The position numbers and the translations under genes were made by a program. A stretch of DNA of 63,608 nt, the filler included, from Corallochytrium limacisporum Hawaii (taxonomy: Eukaryota; Protista; Pluriformea), in NCBI GenBank assembly GCA_002811645.1. It is 5 parts of 5 records of this genome, joined end to end, with 100 filler letters (N's around TTAATTAATTAA, not from the genome) between each part and the next. Parts side by side here need not be neighbours in the genome. Positions count along the whole stretch, not along the records: positions 1 to 26,722 come from PDIP01000127.1; 4 more parts are not named here. One strand, written 5' to 3'. Below are positions 11,521-22,261 of the stretch, one piece after another. Every line of letters starts with the position of its first letter. Position 1 is the first letter of the stretch. Under the pieces are notes generated by a model. The model was not told the DNA's origin and did no database searches. It saw nothing but the letters and a program-made list of their open reading frames with translations.

Positions 11521-13185
11521 TTACGTGTCCGTTGAGGGTGCGGGACCGATGCCAGCACTGGGAGTCTCATCATCACCGCTAGCCACATCCAACTGTTCCA
11601 GCTGAGGCAAACCCGTGCGGAATGAGTAGGGAGTCACGTCATACTGCACCAACGGTTCTTCCATGAATGGGCACAGACCTGGTGGTAAGATCATCAGGAA
11701 CTGCTCATTCCACTCCCTCTGGCGCTCGAGCTCGCTGTTGTGCATATTCATGAGCTTATTACGAAATTCCTGGGCTGTAGAATTCATTTCTGCCAGGGCG
11801 TTGTAGCGCCGCGGGATCTCCTTCAAGAGACTGGCATAGGCAGTCAAGCACTCCTCATACGTATCGTAGAGTGATTGAGTCTCGTGCACGACGTCATCAA
11901 TGTCTTCCCAGAATCGGTCGAAGTTCGGGTTCAACCATTCCATCTCGTGCATGTTCTCGTGCAACTGAGCTTCCAAGCTCTTGAGATCCCGGAAGAGATC
12001 CTTATACTCCTGAAAAATACGAGCGTAGCGGAAGACTTTCTCGTTACCCTCTCGGCTGAATTTGCTGAGATATGTGCGAAATCGATTTGCAGTGTCAACG
12101 CAGCTGCGCAATTCTGAATTAGTGGTTTTGAAAATTTGAAGGGAACGGGCCAAATCATTGCTGCTGTTCATGTCCTGCATAGTCCGCTTCACTTGCTCTG
12201 CATGGTCCTGTAGTTTGCTGTAGATGCGTCCCACTTCACGCAAATACTGCGGTACCTGTTCCGTAAGGATGCGTCCTCTGACGCTCATTTGGCTCTTTGG
12301 TTGTGAACCGGTCGATGGACTGCGCCCTCGGACCCCGCCGGCAGCATTCTGCGCGTCGGGAACTGTGCCGGAGGCATCCCGTGCTGGTAGCTCTAACTGA
12401 TTGGACGCTGTAGAGATGCTCGCATCGTCAAAATTGTGCAACACTCTGATGCTCTTTTCCCGGATGAGATCAAAACGGTATTGAATTGAGGTGACGATCT
12501 CATTAAAGCGATCCAAGATGCTGACGCACTTCTTTTGGCTGGAAAGAAACCTGGTCTTCAAAGCATCGAGCGTCACCAAGTCAATGAACCCAAATAAGGA
12601 ATCATATTCTGTCGGAACATCGTCTTCTCTATCATTTTTGTCGTAAGTGATTTGCTTCTGGCTCTCAGGGGTTGCTGTTTGCAGGGTTCCTGTGCCTGGT
12701 GGATGCGTGGGTACGACACCAGCCGTGCCGGTCGGAGTCATTCCAGTCTGCTGCGACTGCAGATATGAATCAGCGGCGCCCGCGAACGCGCTGCCTTCAA
12801 ATTCCAAGTTCTGAATGACTAGTGATCGAATCGGCTTCGGCAATGTAGCCTTTTGCATGCGCGTACAAACGTCGTTTAGCAATGCTTCCGTTTCTGTTTG
12901 TTTGCTGGTCACCGAGTCGAGCTGTCTCTGTAATTCTTGAACATGGCTGACCAGTTGATCAATCAATGCAGCAAGCACTTCAATTTGGTCTCTGAGTACC
13001 ATTCTGGCTTTCACAAGCTGCAGTGCCATGTCATCCAGGTTCCTGAAATCCATGTTCACACGCTCTGTGTACACATGAGACTTTTCGTAGATCTTGGCCA
13101 CCATCTCTACCGCCAAATTGGCATTGTGGGATAGTTTGGCCAGTTGAGCGACCTCATCCCCAATCGACGAGTCCACTAGATCCAT
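11521..13185 (-). CDS. ATG17: Autophagy scaffold protein Atg17-like
   Basis: 554-aa coiled-coil protein ending in the Atg17-family signature YASLLKEIPRRY...M...L..E..RQREW....ILPPGLCP. Confidence 0.7.
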   Translation of the reverse strand: MDLVDSSIGDEVAQLAKLSHNANLAVEMVAKIYEKSHVYTERVNMDFRNLDDMALQLVKARMVLRDQIEVLAALIDQLVSHVQELQRQLDSVTSKQTETEALLNDVCTRMQKATLPKPIRSLVIQNLEFEGSAFAGAADSYLQSQQTGMTPTGTAGVVPTHPPGTGTLQTATPESQKQITYDKNDREDDVPTEYDSLFGFIDLVTLDALKTRFLSSQKKCVSILDRFNEIVTSIQYRFDLIREKSIRVLHNFDDASISTASNQLELPARDASGTVPDAQNAAGGVRGRSPSTGSQPKSQMSVRGRILTEQVPQYLREVGRIYSKLQDHAEQVKRTMQDMNSSNDLARSLQIFKTTNSELRSCVDTANRFRTYLSKFSREGNEKVFRYARIFQEYKDLFRDLKSLEAQLHENMHEMEWLNPNFDRFWEDIDDVVHETQSLYDTYEECLTAYASLLKEIPRRYNALAEMNSTAQEFRNKLMNMHNSELERQREWNEQFLMILPPGLCPFMEEPLVQYDVTPYSFRTGLPQLEQLDVASGDDETPSAGIGPAPSTDT

Positions 13186-14733
13186 TTTGTTGGGACGAAT
13201 AGAAATGTTTATAATGCCCCACTTTCTATGGTCAACTACATGGTTGGAGTTGCTCAGACGACCCGCTTTGTTGTCTCTGTCCAGGCCTCGCCGTTACATT
13301 CCTATGGAGCCCCGTGTAGGAACATTTTCCAATCAGAATTATTAATTTCTCCTCAGAAATATATACCATTCTAAATATTGAGCAACGTGCTGCTGACTTA
13401 CTCTACCGTGTGCAGCCTTACATTACAAACTACCAAGGCATTATCCTGAAAGCTCTCAGGCCTCCTTTCGTCGCCCGCTGCCCCGACTTTCCTTGCACCC
13501 GCTCTTGGCTTACTCCCCGGGTCAATCCCCCAACCACCCGGATCGAGCTGGTCGGCTTCTGCCAGGGACGGTCGGTAGGGTAGCCGGAGGGGAGCCTTCT
13601 GCGACAGACCGAAATATTATGCGGGTACCACCTCTCAGGCAACGACGTTCCACAACGTCCGAACTCGCTTGCCAACACAAATTCTAAGAGTCCCGCTTTC
13701 GGTTCTGTTCTCCACTCCTGATTGCGGCTCTTGATTGTGATTGGATCATGATTGGGATATATCTGCGTGGCCACAAAGGAGACCGTGCACCGTTTGCTGG
13801 ACCGCTGGGGCTCTGTTGGGGCCGCCCCCGGGGGGTGGGGGGAGATTATGCCTGACCGGCCCCTGAAACTCTCTCGACTCCTCGTTCGGCTCTTTCGTCT
13901 GTTCGGAAGAGGCGCACTTCCAAGAAATTCACCTGACCCCTAACACAGGTCAGCATTTCATAGCGCTCCGCTGCAGCTGATAAAAGCCACAACAAAAACT
14001 TGTCGCGGGTTCTGATCGAAATATTGCCTTCGTCACCTTTAGCAAGTGCATCAAGTGATCCGTAGGCAGCCAGAGAAGGCGCAAAACAAACTCCTCACTC
14101 TCTGTGCCCACGTACACTTCGCACTTTCTTTGTTCGGAAAACAATTTGCCCTCGGAGAGTGGCTAAATTTAGCCGACTATCCGACAAAGGAGAAATTAAC
14201 TGGCTGGGACACCAAGGATCGGAGATGCTAACAAGACCTATACCTTTTGACTGACTCCGTGCCCCCGCAAGCAATGGGATCGTGATGTATGGCGAGACGA
14301 CTGGGGCAGTCTGCGGAGTGCGGTCAACTGATCACCAACTCCACTGGCTAGGCTATTCTTCAATGGGACAAGTTGTGTAGTACCAGGTGTCAACAAGCCT
14401 GGCCCACCCACGAACCCGTCCCCCTTCCAAACCCTTAGGGTTTTTCTCTCTCTTTCTCCGGAGCTCTGCACACAAAAAAACGAGGCAGCATCGCACAACC
14501 ATTGCGCACAACTAGGCACCGCGCACGCTGTGTTCCCGTACTCTTGCGGACTGTTTCCTTCACTTGACTGCCGTCGCTGAGGATCTTGACTGGTCTTGGT
14601 CTGCGAGGTTTCTCGTGACATACACAGAGATAGAGACTTGTCATTAGAACAAACCAATTGTTGGCAGATACACTCAGTCAGTTCGTATGCCAAGGTACTT
14701 CATAGCCGCTTACCTGTTGTTAAGGTTGATGAG

Positions 14734-15984
14734 ATGATCTATCAGAGCAGCCTCGAAGTACACGAGACAAACATGCTTGAGCAAGTGAAGCCGGGAAAGG
14801 ACAGTGGTGTCCAACTGGTGCATCAGCACGTGAAGGTGGAAGCTCCCGTCACGGAACAATCCTACCAGGCTGTTGATGTGCAACTACCTGCACTCTGGGC
14901 CGAAAAGAGAGCACGGCCCGACCCTGAGCCCACAGAGGAAATGAAGAAGATCTCCAAGTATCCCGCGGCTCTTGCAATCCGCGCCCGATTTGAGAAAGAA
15001 ATGCGCCAGGTGCCCAAGGCCGCGTACGAAGGCTGCCAGGTGACTCCCTTTTCCATCAAGACGGAATCTGGAAACGATTTGGAACTGACCCACACTGTCT
15101 CCTCCAAGGACGAAGCGAAGAGCCGCGGTGTCATTATCTACTTCCACGGCGGTGCCTATAAGTTCGGGTCACCGCGGTCCCATGAATCTCTGATCTGCTG
15201 GCTGGCTTACGCTACCGAAATGGATATCGTGGCACCAGATTACCGTATGTGGCCAGAATACGACCACACCGCTTGGATTGAAGACGCGATCAATACCTAC
15301 AAGTGGGTCATTCAGGAGTGTAAAGTCGACCCGTCTAAGGTTGTATTCTCCGGTGATTCTGCGGGTGGCAACCTGACTGTAGTGGCCGTAATGGCTATCA
15401 TCAAGCACAACGAAGCAATCAAGAACGGTACCGGTACGGGCACTCCCTTGCCTATGCCCGCCTGTGCTGTGCCTTTGTCGCCCTGGCTAGACATTTTGGC
15501 AGAGGGTACAAGCTATGAAGACAATGATCGACTGGACTGGATGCTTGGTGGTCCGTTGAGCACAGTCTCTGTGAAGGAGAACTCGTTTGTTCTGAAGAAG
15601 GCAGATGTTCAGGCGGCGCGGAAGGATCCATCCCTGCGCAACGCACTTTTAAAGGATCCGTTGCTGTCTCCCGTCCACGCACCCCCGGAGTGGCTGAGCC
15701 AGCTCTGTCCTATGCTCATCCACGTCAGCAGCACTGAAATCATTTACTCGGACTCCGTCACATTCTACAATCGGGCCCGGTTTGCGAAGTGCAAGGAGAT
15801 CATTCTCAAAGAATGGCCCAACATGCCCCATGTCTGGCACGCCATGGCACACATTCTACCTGAGGGCGTGGATGCAATCCAGGACATTGCAAAGTATATT
15901 CAAGGCCATCTGACCGCACCGGCGGTCTTTGCTACCCTGAGAGAAAAAGTACAATCCTTCAAGTTGACACGTAGCTCCCTGTAG
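14734..15984 (+). CDS. Alpha/beta hydrolase, hormone-sensitive lipase (GDXG) family esterase
   Basis: HGGAY oxyanion motif, PDYR, GDSAGG nucleophile, SPW, MPHVW catalytic His; first ATG at 14734 (ORF open from 14596). Confidence 0.9.
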   Translation: MIYQSSLEVHETNMLEQVKPGKDSGVQLVHQHVKVEAPVTEQSYQAVDVQLPALWAEKRARPDPEPTEEMKKISKYPAALAIRARFEKEMRQVPKAAYEGCQVTPFSIKTESGNDLELTHTVSSKDEAKSRGVIIYFHGGAYKFGSPRSHESLICWLAYATEMDIVAPDYRMWPEYDHTAWIEDAINTYKWVIQECKVDPSKVVFSGDSAGGNLTVVAVMAIIKHNEAIKNGTGTGTPLPMPACAVPLSPWLDILAEGTSYEDNDRLDWMLGGPLSTVSVKENSFVLKKADVQAARKDPSLRNALLKDPLLSPVHAPPEWLSQLCPMLIHVSSTEIIYSDSVTFYNRARFAKCKEIILKEWPNMPHVWHAMAHILPEGVDAIQDIAKYIQGHLTAPAVFATLREKVQSFKLTRSSL

Positions 15985-16072
15985 ACGACGCTCGACGATC
16001 ACGGTGATAGCTATGGCATGATCTCATTAAATGTCTGTAGAGCTTTGCTATATTATGAAAAAGTTTTAATGC

Positions 16073-19000
16073 TCAGATGCGCATATGGGAGTGATGAATG
16101 CGTCCGACGTAGGCCAGACGGTGGGCCGGCTCTTGCTGAGTGATATCGCCCCAGGGGGCGCGAGGTCCGATGGTACCCCCGCCACCGAGATCTTTGTGAC
16201 TGATGGACTCAGGGGGAACATGTGCTTCCCAGAGCGCATCATCGTCCTGATCATCCACATTGTGGACGTAGTGGACATCACTCCTGATATCTTCTTTCGT
16301 CTGTTCGCCTGCGTCGTGGGGAAGGACGGTTTTGATGTCATTCCTTTCCTCATCTAGCGTCCAAGCAGCAAAGCGATTGCCCTCAAGGAGATTTGCAAAA
16401 TATGCTTGCTGCTGCAGGCTCAACAGGCGGCATGCCTTCTCCAGCTTTACAGCAGTGCGCTTGTGTGGCTTGATACCCCAATGGAGCATAGTATCCCAGA
16501 TTTCCAGTGCCAAAGTTACATTTGGAGTCAAAAGCGTGTCACCCATGACCAAGCGTCGGATGAGTACATCAGCCGACTCCGGGTATAGGCTCTTCCGCGC
16601 AAACTCGTCTGAAGAATGCACACGACTCATGAATTGCTTTGCCAAGTGTCGAATGCTCAGAATGTCACGGACGGAACGGATACCTAAACGGAACGTCTCA
16701 TAGTCGATATTGTCTTCCCGATCAATGTAGTTTGAAATCAGCTCCATTGCATATCCACCCATGACCCTGGGCCGGTTGCTTGCACAGTAAAAGAGCGCCC
16801 GGAGATCCTTGCCGACCAAGAATTGCTCATGGGAGTGAGTATGACGCTGTAACTGCAGCCAAGCCACAGAGGCTCTCACCTCATGCTCATTCTTGCACAA
16901 CTTCAGAAAGGAATCCAAAGCATCGTCCTCAAGATCCCCACCCTTGAAGTCACAGAATAAGACCACATCTTGCAACACTTGCTTGAGACTGTCAGTGTCC
17001 TTGCGTCCACGAGCCTGCATAGCCGTGGCCATCATTTGAATTCCAATAGAAGCACTGCTAGTCCACATTGGGTTCCCCTTGATTATCTCGTACCATAGGA
17101 AGTCCGCAAACTTGGCGTCCCGCCACCCAATATGCTTCAGAAGATAGGAGACAAAGTCAGTATTGAAGTCCATGCCAGGCATACGGAGCCATCCCTTGGC
17201 AGTGTTGATGGCTTGGCTGTGCAGTCTGGCTTCATTCAGCCGCTGGATCATTGAATACACATCCTCACTGGTAATCATCGTCGCAGTAGCGTCCCAGGTT
17301 TCAGGTCCGCGGGCCAATATTCTCTGACCGAGATGCTTTGAAGCATAGTATAGATCCCTTGCACTACCTTCTGTCATGATCTCGCGTATGATTCTCTGTG
17401 AGACCTGGTCATATGTCTGCAAAGAGTCAGCTTGTACAACGTCCAGGAAGTTCAATGTCTCCTCAATGCCAGTCTGCACGTATAAGCTCAGGGCCGTGGA
17501 GTAGACATAGTTGATAGCCACTGGACCGTTACTGCTGGTGACACTCTCCCGCAGACCCTGGTACACCTGAACAAGACCACCAGCACTTCCACCATGCCAC
17601 TCATGGTGAATGTCACCTACAGATAGCGCCGGGAAGTTTGTATCCAGAAACTTGAGCACGGTATCTGGATCCCTAGCGGTGCTCTTGTGCAGATGTTCAA
17701 AACTATGCGGAGTCATTTCTTTGAAGTTTAGGGCTTCAAGCAATGTTGTTACACTAGCATGTTCCGAGAGTGTGGATCGATATTGCTGGTATTGCACATC
17801 CTCCGCGGCCTTCGACATCGCTTCTATGCGCTCAGTGATGTAAGGATTAATCGCATTAGGCCATTGACGCACCATAGTTTCCATGGCCCCCCTAATGAAG
17901 GCCAAAGACATTGCATCAACGTGATACCTGTCTTCCATGACACTTATCATATCAATTAGATCCCTTGATTCAAGTGGTACATGAGATGTTCCAAGACGAC
18001 GCAGAAACTTTGCCGGTGAGCCAGCACCAGTAACTTCACAAAGCGCCGCAAATATGGGAGACGAGAGTCGCATAAGTGTGCCTTGATTATGTGACAACCG
18101 TGGAAGCGCCCTTGACAACAGCCTGAGCAAATGCTGGTCATTGTTCGCAGCCGCCACAGTCAAAATGTCTGCGAAACAAGAAGTCATGTGCTCTGGCCGC
18201 CAGGATAGGAGCAATTCAGGCTTTTCTTCCGCCATGGATACAACAGTCCTCATCAACAGTGAGGTCATTTCCTGTAGCCTCTCGGGCGACATGACTTGCT
18301 TACCGGCTTCCAGATTCGACGCAGCCGCAACCACTTTCATGAATGAGTTGTTCAGGCTGTGGTCCAGGATTGCCTGCACCACCCGCGGTTCCGGAACCAG
18401 ACCCTCGCCCAACATGCCCGCAGCAATGCGAATCGCACTCTCAAAGTCACCCCGGTTCAACTTGTGGGAAATAAGCCGATTCATGTCCAAGGTACCATTG
18501 GTCTTGCACACCACGTCATTTCTAAGGGATAGTCTCAAAATCTTCTGCACCCCCGTCACAGGTAAATCCATATCGGCCATTGTAGCGTGAAGCTCATGCA
18601 AGGTTTCCCGGTTCAATTTGTACTCCACCGGCATTGCATCCAAGTACACAGCCAGAGCGTCCAACATAGACTGGTCCCTACAATGGCGCACCACTCCAGC
18701 CGCCACTTCAGGCGAAAACAGGACCTCCCGACTTTCCGAGGCAACTACAGTCCTCATGAACTCCGGCAGATCTATCCGCGGTACTGCGCCCATTCGCTGC
18801 AGATTGGTCCGTCCCGCAGCACCCTTGCCTGCTGCGCACTGGTACGGTATACGTTGAATGTGCCTCACCGCCAGCGGATCTTGGTCCATCAAATCAAATA
18901 GTCTGTATCGTCCTTCCATGGTATGTCTATTCGCACGCCAATTGCTCAAAAACCGTTTCTGTTGATATGTACCAGCACCTTTCCGACGAAATTGTGAAGT

Positions 19001-19294
19001 GCGGTACAGTTGCATGCTCTGGAAATTGACTAGGTTTGCTTTTGGTGCTCCATTTCGTATCCGCAGTCCACCTCCAAGAATAGATTGACTAAAATGCATA
19101 CGTTTCCATGGGCAATTATTTGATCCTTCAACAGCAGCTGAGGTCTTTGATCGCTGGTGCCTGCTTTGAAACCCGGCTACTAATGTCGTCGATCGTAGTC
19201 GAAGACATGATAGGGTACCTGCTGCCAGCCCTGCACTGGTCGATCCTGCAGCGCGGATCAGAGTACGGTCTTCCTCTTCAAAGAGGCAGTACAT
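16073..19294 (-). CDS. Large helical-repeat (PPR-like), probably mitochondrial RNA-binding protein
   Basis: 1073-aa ORF; PPR-like segments ALEIWDTMLHWGIKPHKRTAVKLEKAC and AIRIAAGMLGEGLVPEPRVVQAIL; Arg-rich, acid-free presequence-like stretch from an alternative ATG at 19099. Confidence 0.65.
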   Translation of the reverse strand: MYCLFEEEDRTLIRAAGSTSAGLAAGTLSCLRLRSTTLVAGFQSRHQRSKTSAAVEGSNNCPWKRMHFSQSILGGGLRIRNGAPKANLVNFQSMQLYRTSQFRRKGAGTYQQKRFLSNWRANRHTMEGRYRLFDLMDQDPLAVRHIQRIPYQCAAGKGAAGRTNLQRMGAVPRIDLPEFMRTVVASESREVLFSPEVAAGVVRHCRDQSMLDALAVYLDAMPVEYKLNRETLHELHATMADMDLPVTGVQKILRLSLRNDVVCKTNGTLDMNRLISHKLNRGDFESAIRIAAGMLGEGLVPEPRVVQAILDHSLNNSFMKVVAAASNLEAGKQVMSPERLQEMTSLLMRTVVSMAEEKPELLLSWRPEHMTSCFADILTVAAANNDQHLLRLLSRALPRLSHNQGTLMRLSSPIFAALCEVTGAGSPAKFLRRLGTSHVPLESRDLIDMISVMEDRYHVDAMSLAFIRGAMETMVRQWPNAINPYITERIEAMSKAAEDVQYQQYRSTLSEHASVTTLLEALNFKEMTPHSFEHLHKSTARDPDTVLKFLDTNFPALSVGDIHHEWHGGSAGGLVQVYQGLRESVTSSNGPVAINYVYSTALSLYVQTGIEETLNFLDVVQADSLQTYDQVSQRIIREIMTEGSARDLYYASKHLGQRILARGPETWDATATMITSEDVYSMIQRLNEARLHSQAINTAKGWLRMPGMDFNTDFVSYLLKHIGWRDAKFADFLWYEIIKGNPMWTSSASIGIQMMATAMQARGRKDTDSLKQVLQDVVLFCDFKGGDLEDDALDSFLKLCKNEHEVRASVAWLQLQRHTHSHEQFLVGKDLRALFYCASNRPRVMGGYAMELISNYIDREDNIDYETFRLGIRSVRDILSIRHLAKQFMSRVHSSDEFARKSLYPESADVLIRRLVMGDTLLTPNVTLALEIWDTMLHWGIKPHKRTAVKLEKACRLLSLQQQAYFANLLEGNRFAAWTLDEERNDIKTVLPHDAGEQTKEDIRSDVHYVHNVDDQDDDALWEAHVPPESISHKDLGGGGTIGPRAPWGDITQQEPAHRLAYVGRIHHSHMRI

Positions 19295-19953
19295 GGTTTA
19301 TTTCATCAGAAGAAGGTTACCTCAAATGCTCTGGACCTCACATATTTCGTTGTTTACAAATTCCAGGGAAAACTCCCTGCCAGTTTCTTGCCGCGTCTAC
19401 TTCGCCAAGTTACTCGATGCCATATTTCATCTATTTTATCATGTCGTGCATCTACCACACGGAAGAATCATGCGATATTTGTATACGTGCTTCTATTGTG
19501 ATTCACAGTTCAAATAGCCGCCAGTTGGCCACGCACTTGTCCCCCCGAACTCCTCGGCTGGAGCCCCATGCTTCCCAGGACCCCCCCCCCCCAAGGTAGA
19601 CCAGTTGGGTGCACCGTGGGTGAGACCCCTGGTACCCCACCACCCCACCATTTGTACTGCATCTGACGCATTGTTCACTATGGTGGGGTAACTGAAACTG
19701 TGGAGCTTTCCCATAAACAAAGGTGGGCAGTTTCACCAACAAATTTCCATTCACGGCTCCAGGCCTTCCGGCCCCCCTGTGCCAAGCCATTCCCGTGGTG
19801 CAATATTAAAAGTAAATGAAGTGCTGGCTTTTGGTATATTTATTACTAAGTTGGCATTCTTTAATTAGTTTTTTAATTTCCTTGGTAAGGACCCGGCGGA
19901 AACCCCTCCGGTGCCAGCTTGAGTGACTTCGAAGCCACATTTCCCCTTTTGTA

Positions 19954-21552
19954 TCAGTACCGGTAGAAATCGGGTTTGAACGGTCCGTTCTTGTTGAGGC
20001 CCAGATATTTCGCCTGCTCATCTGTGAAGGAGGTCAGGTGAGCATCGAAGGCAACGAGATGATGCCGGGCGACTGCCTCATCTGCAGCTCTAGGCAGGAT
20101 GTAGACAGTGTTCTTATAAGAGCCTTTGGCCGCATGCGCGAGATCCAGAATGGCCAAGCCAGCCGTCACAAAGGTTACACTCATCACAAAGGAAGGTACT
20201 CCCAGAGAGCAGCTGAGGTACATCAATTTACCATTAGCGATTAGCATAATACGCTTACCGTCAGGCCAGATGACGAAGTCGACGTGCGGCTTCAGGGGGT
20301 CCCAAACCAAGTCTCCCTCCCGTAGACTTTCCACGTCGATCTCTTCGTCGTGACGCCCCATATTACAAACTATGGCACCGTCCTTCATTCCATCCATTTG
20401 TTCCCTTCCAATAACATGGCGACTGCCTGTGGTAGTCACAAAGATGTCTGCCTTGCTGGCCACCTCTTCCATGCGGACCACTCGGTACCCACCCATGGTC
20501 GCCTGTAGGGCACAGATAGGATCGACTTCGGTGACGGCCACAATGGCTCCCATGCCACGTAGAGCTTCTGCACATCCCTTGCCAATGTCACCAAAGCCGC
20601 AGACGACACAAATCTTGCCAGCCAGCATACCTTCAGTGGCCCATTTGAGAGAGTCCACGATGCTTTCCTTGGAAGTGTAACGATGATCAAACATCTGTTT
20701 TACCACCGCATCGTTGATATTCAATACAGGCACAGGCAATTCATTCTGTCGCGCCATGGCGTACAGACGTTGAACGCCGAAAGCACTCTGTTCCACCAGT
20801 CCTTTCATATCAATGAAGGCGTCTTTGTAGTGTTCCATCATCACCTTAAAGGCATCACCACCGTCCTCGTAGATAATGTGCGGTTCCCAGCTCGGATCTT
20901 CGTTGCCCTCCAACCCGATAGCCTTATGTAGACACCAGAAGAATTCTGCATCTGTCATGTCATTCCAGGCATAGATGGGCACATTCATTTCCGCAATAGC
21001 TGCGGCAATCTCATCCTGCGTACTAAAGAGATTGCATGTTGCCCAACGCACCTTGGCGCCGAGCTCCACCAAAGTTTCCACAAATACACCAGTCTGAGCA
21101 GTGACGTGCATGATACCTAGTACACCTACTCCTTTCAATGGTTTCTGCGCTGCGTACGTTTTCCTGAAATCCAGCAGTCCCTTCATTTCCATCTCGGTCA
21201 CTCTGATCTTGCGCAGACCAAGATCGGACAGGGATAGGTCTCTGACACAGAAATCAGTACTACCGTGGCTATTTTTCTGCTCAATCATCGGAGGTCTCTC
21301 GCTCTCATCTGAGTACTGAGACCCTTCATCCTCCTCAAAGGCACCCGGGTCCCGACTGAGCTCCCGAGAGAACTGGTCCCGGGACAGACTTGTGCGCTGT
21401 GCAGGTTCCGCACCGAGATAAGATGATGACGTCCACTTGACCTTGCGGAGTGGTTCACTAGTGGCACCCTCAGTGGCACTAATTCGTCGTGCAAGAGCCT
21501 CCGGAGTGTCGTGCACTCCCTGAGACTCTCTCAGCCCGAATCCGTCTTCCAT
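19954..21552 (-). CDS. AHCYL1: Adenosylhomocysteinase-like protein (IRBIT/AHCYL type), probably catalytically inactive
   Basis: Full SAHH fold (MHVTAQT, STQDE, EDGGD, GFGDIGKG, C-terminal GPFKPDFYRY) plus a Ser/acidic N-terminal extension ending QKNSHGSTDFCV as in IRBIT; first ATG at 21552. Confidence 0.85.
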   Translation of the reverse strand: MEDGFGLRESQGVHDTPEALARRISATEGATSEPLRKVKWTSSSYLGAEPAQRTSLSRDQFSRELSRDPGAFEEDEGSQYSDESERPPMIEQKNSHGSTDFCVRDLSLSDLGLRKIRVTEMEMKGLLDFRKTYAAQKPLKGVGVLGIMHVTAQTGVFVETLVELGAKVRWATCNLFSTQDEIAAAIAEMNVPIYAWNDMTDAEFFWCLHKAIGLEGNEDPSWEPHIIYEDGGDAFKVMMEHYKDAFIDMKGLVEQSAFGVQRLYAMARQNELPVPVLNINDAVVKQMFDHRYTSKESIVDSLKWATEGMLAGKICVVCGFGDIGKGCAEALRGMGAIVAVTEVDPICALQATMGGYRVVRMEEVASKADIFVTTTGSRHVIGREQMDGMKDGAIVCNMGRHDEEIDVESLREGDLVWDPLKPHVDFVIWPDGKRIMLIANGKLMYLSCSLGVPSFVMSVTFVTAGLAILDLAHAAKGSYKNTVYILPRAADEAVARHHLVAFDAHLTSFTDEQAKYLGLNKNGPFKPDFYRY

Positions 21553-22261
21553 GACTAATCTGTGGTTTTTACTAAGGCTCTGCCGTGTGTACCCGGTTTG
21601 ATATTGCACGGGAACTGGGCCATAAAGTTGTGGCAATTGTTCGATCTCCAAGAGACAAGACTATCCTTGAAATAGTTCCAATAAAATACTGGAGAACACT
21701 CTAAGGATGACAGTTGCATGACGGCTTGATGTACTATCAGTCCATATCCCGCGACGGAGGGGTTTTCGGATGCCGCGCGCCCCGCCACAGGCCCCCTCTC
21801 CGATCTTACCGGTTTTGGGTTCCCGTCAGCTGCACCATCTAACTGTAGGTACAACCTAAACCCAGGTTGCAAGAGATCAAAACCAGTGGTGCGGCCATGG
21901 CCTATTTGCTTTCTAGGAAGTAAAATGAAAAACTGGAAATCCTTTGGGTGTCCCAGTATTTGCCCTCATTCTTGGCTAGTGTATTCATTTGTCGATTCTT
22001 ACGTAAGGTTTGGGCTCTTCCTGGCCCCCACTGCCCACCCTTCTATCACTCCTGCAGGACACAGTTCCGAATGATGCAGCACACAAGACAGGACTGCGAC
22101 CATGGGATCGACGCAGGTATACATACAGCTGTGGTATGGGCAGAATATTATCAACAGAACGGCCTGTTGAAAATATGTGAGTTCAATCTTATGGTGGTTT
22201 GCCTGCACGAAGAAAATCAACGCTATGGTTCTATCATAGGCACACAGTCAACTAAACAGAG

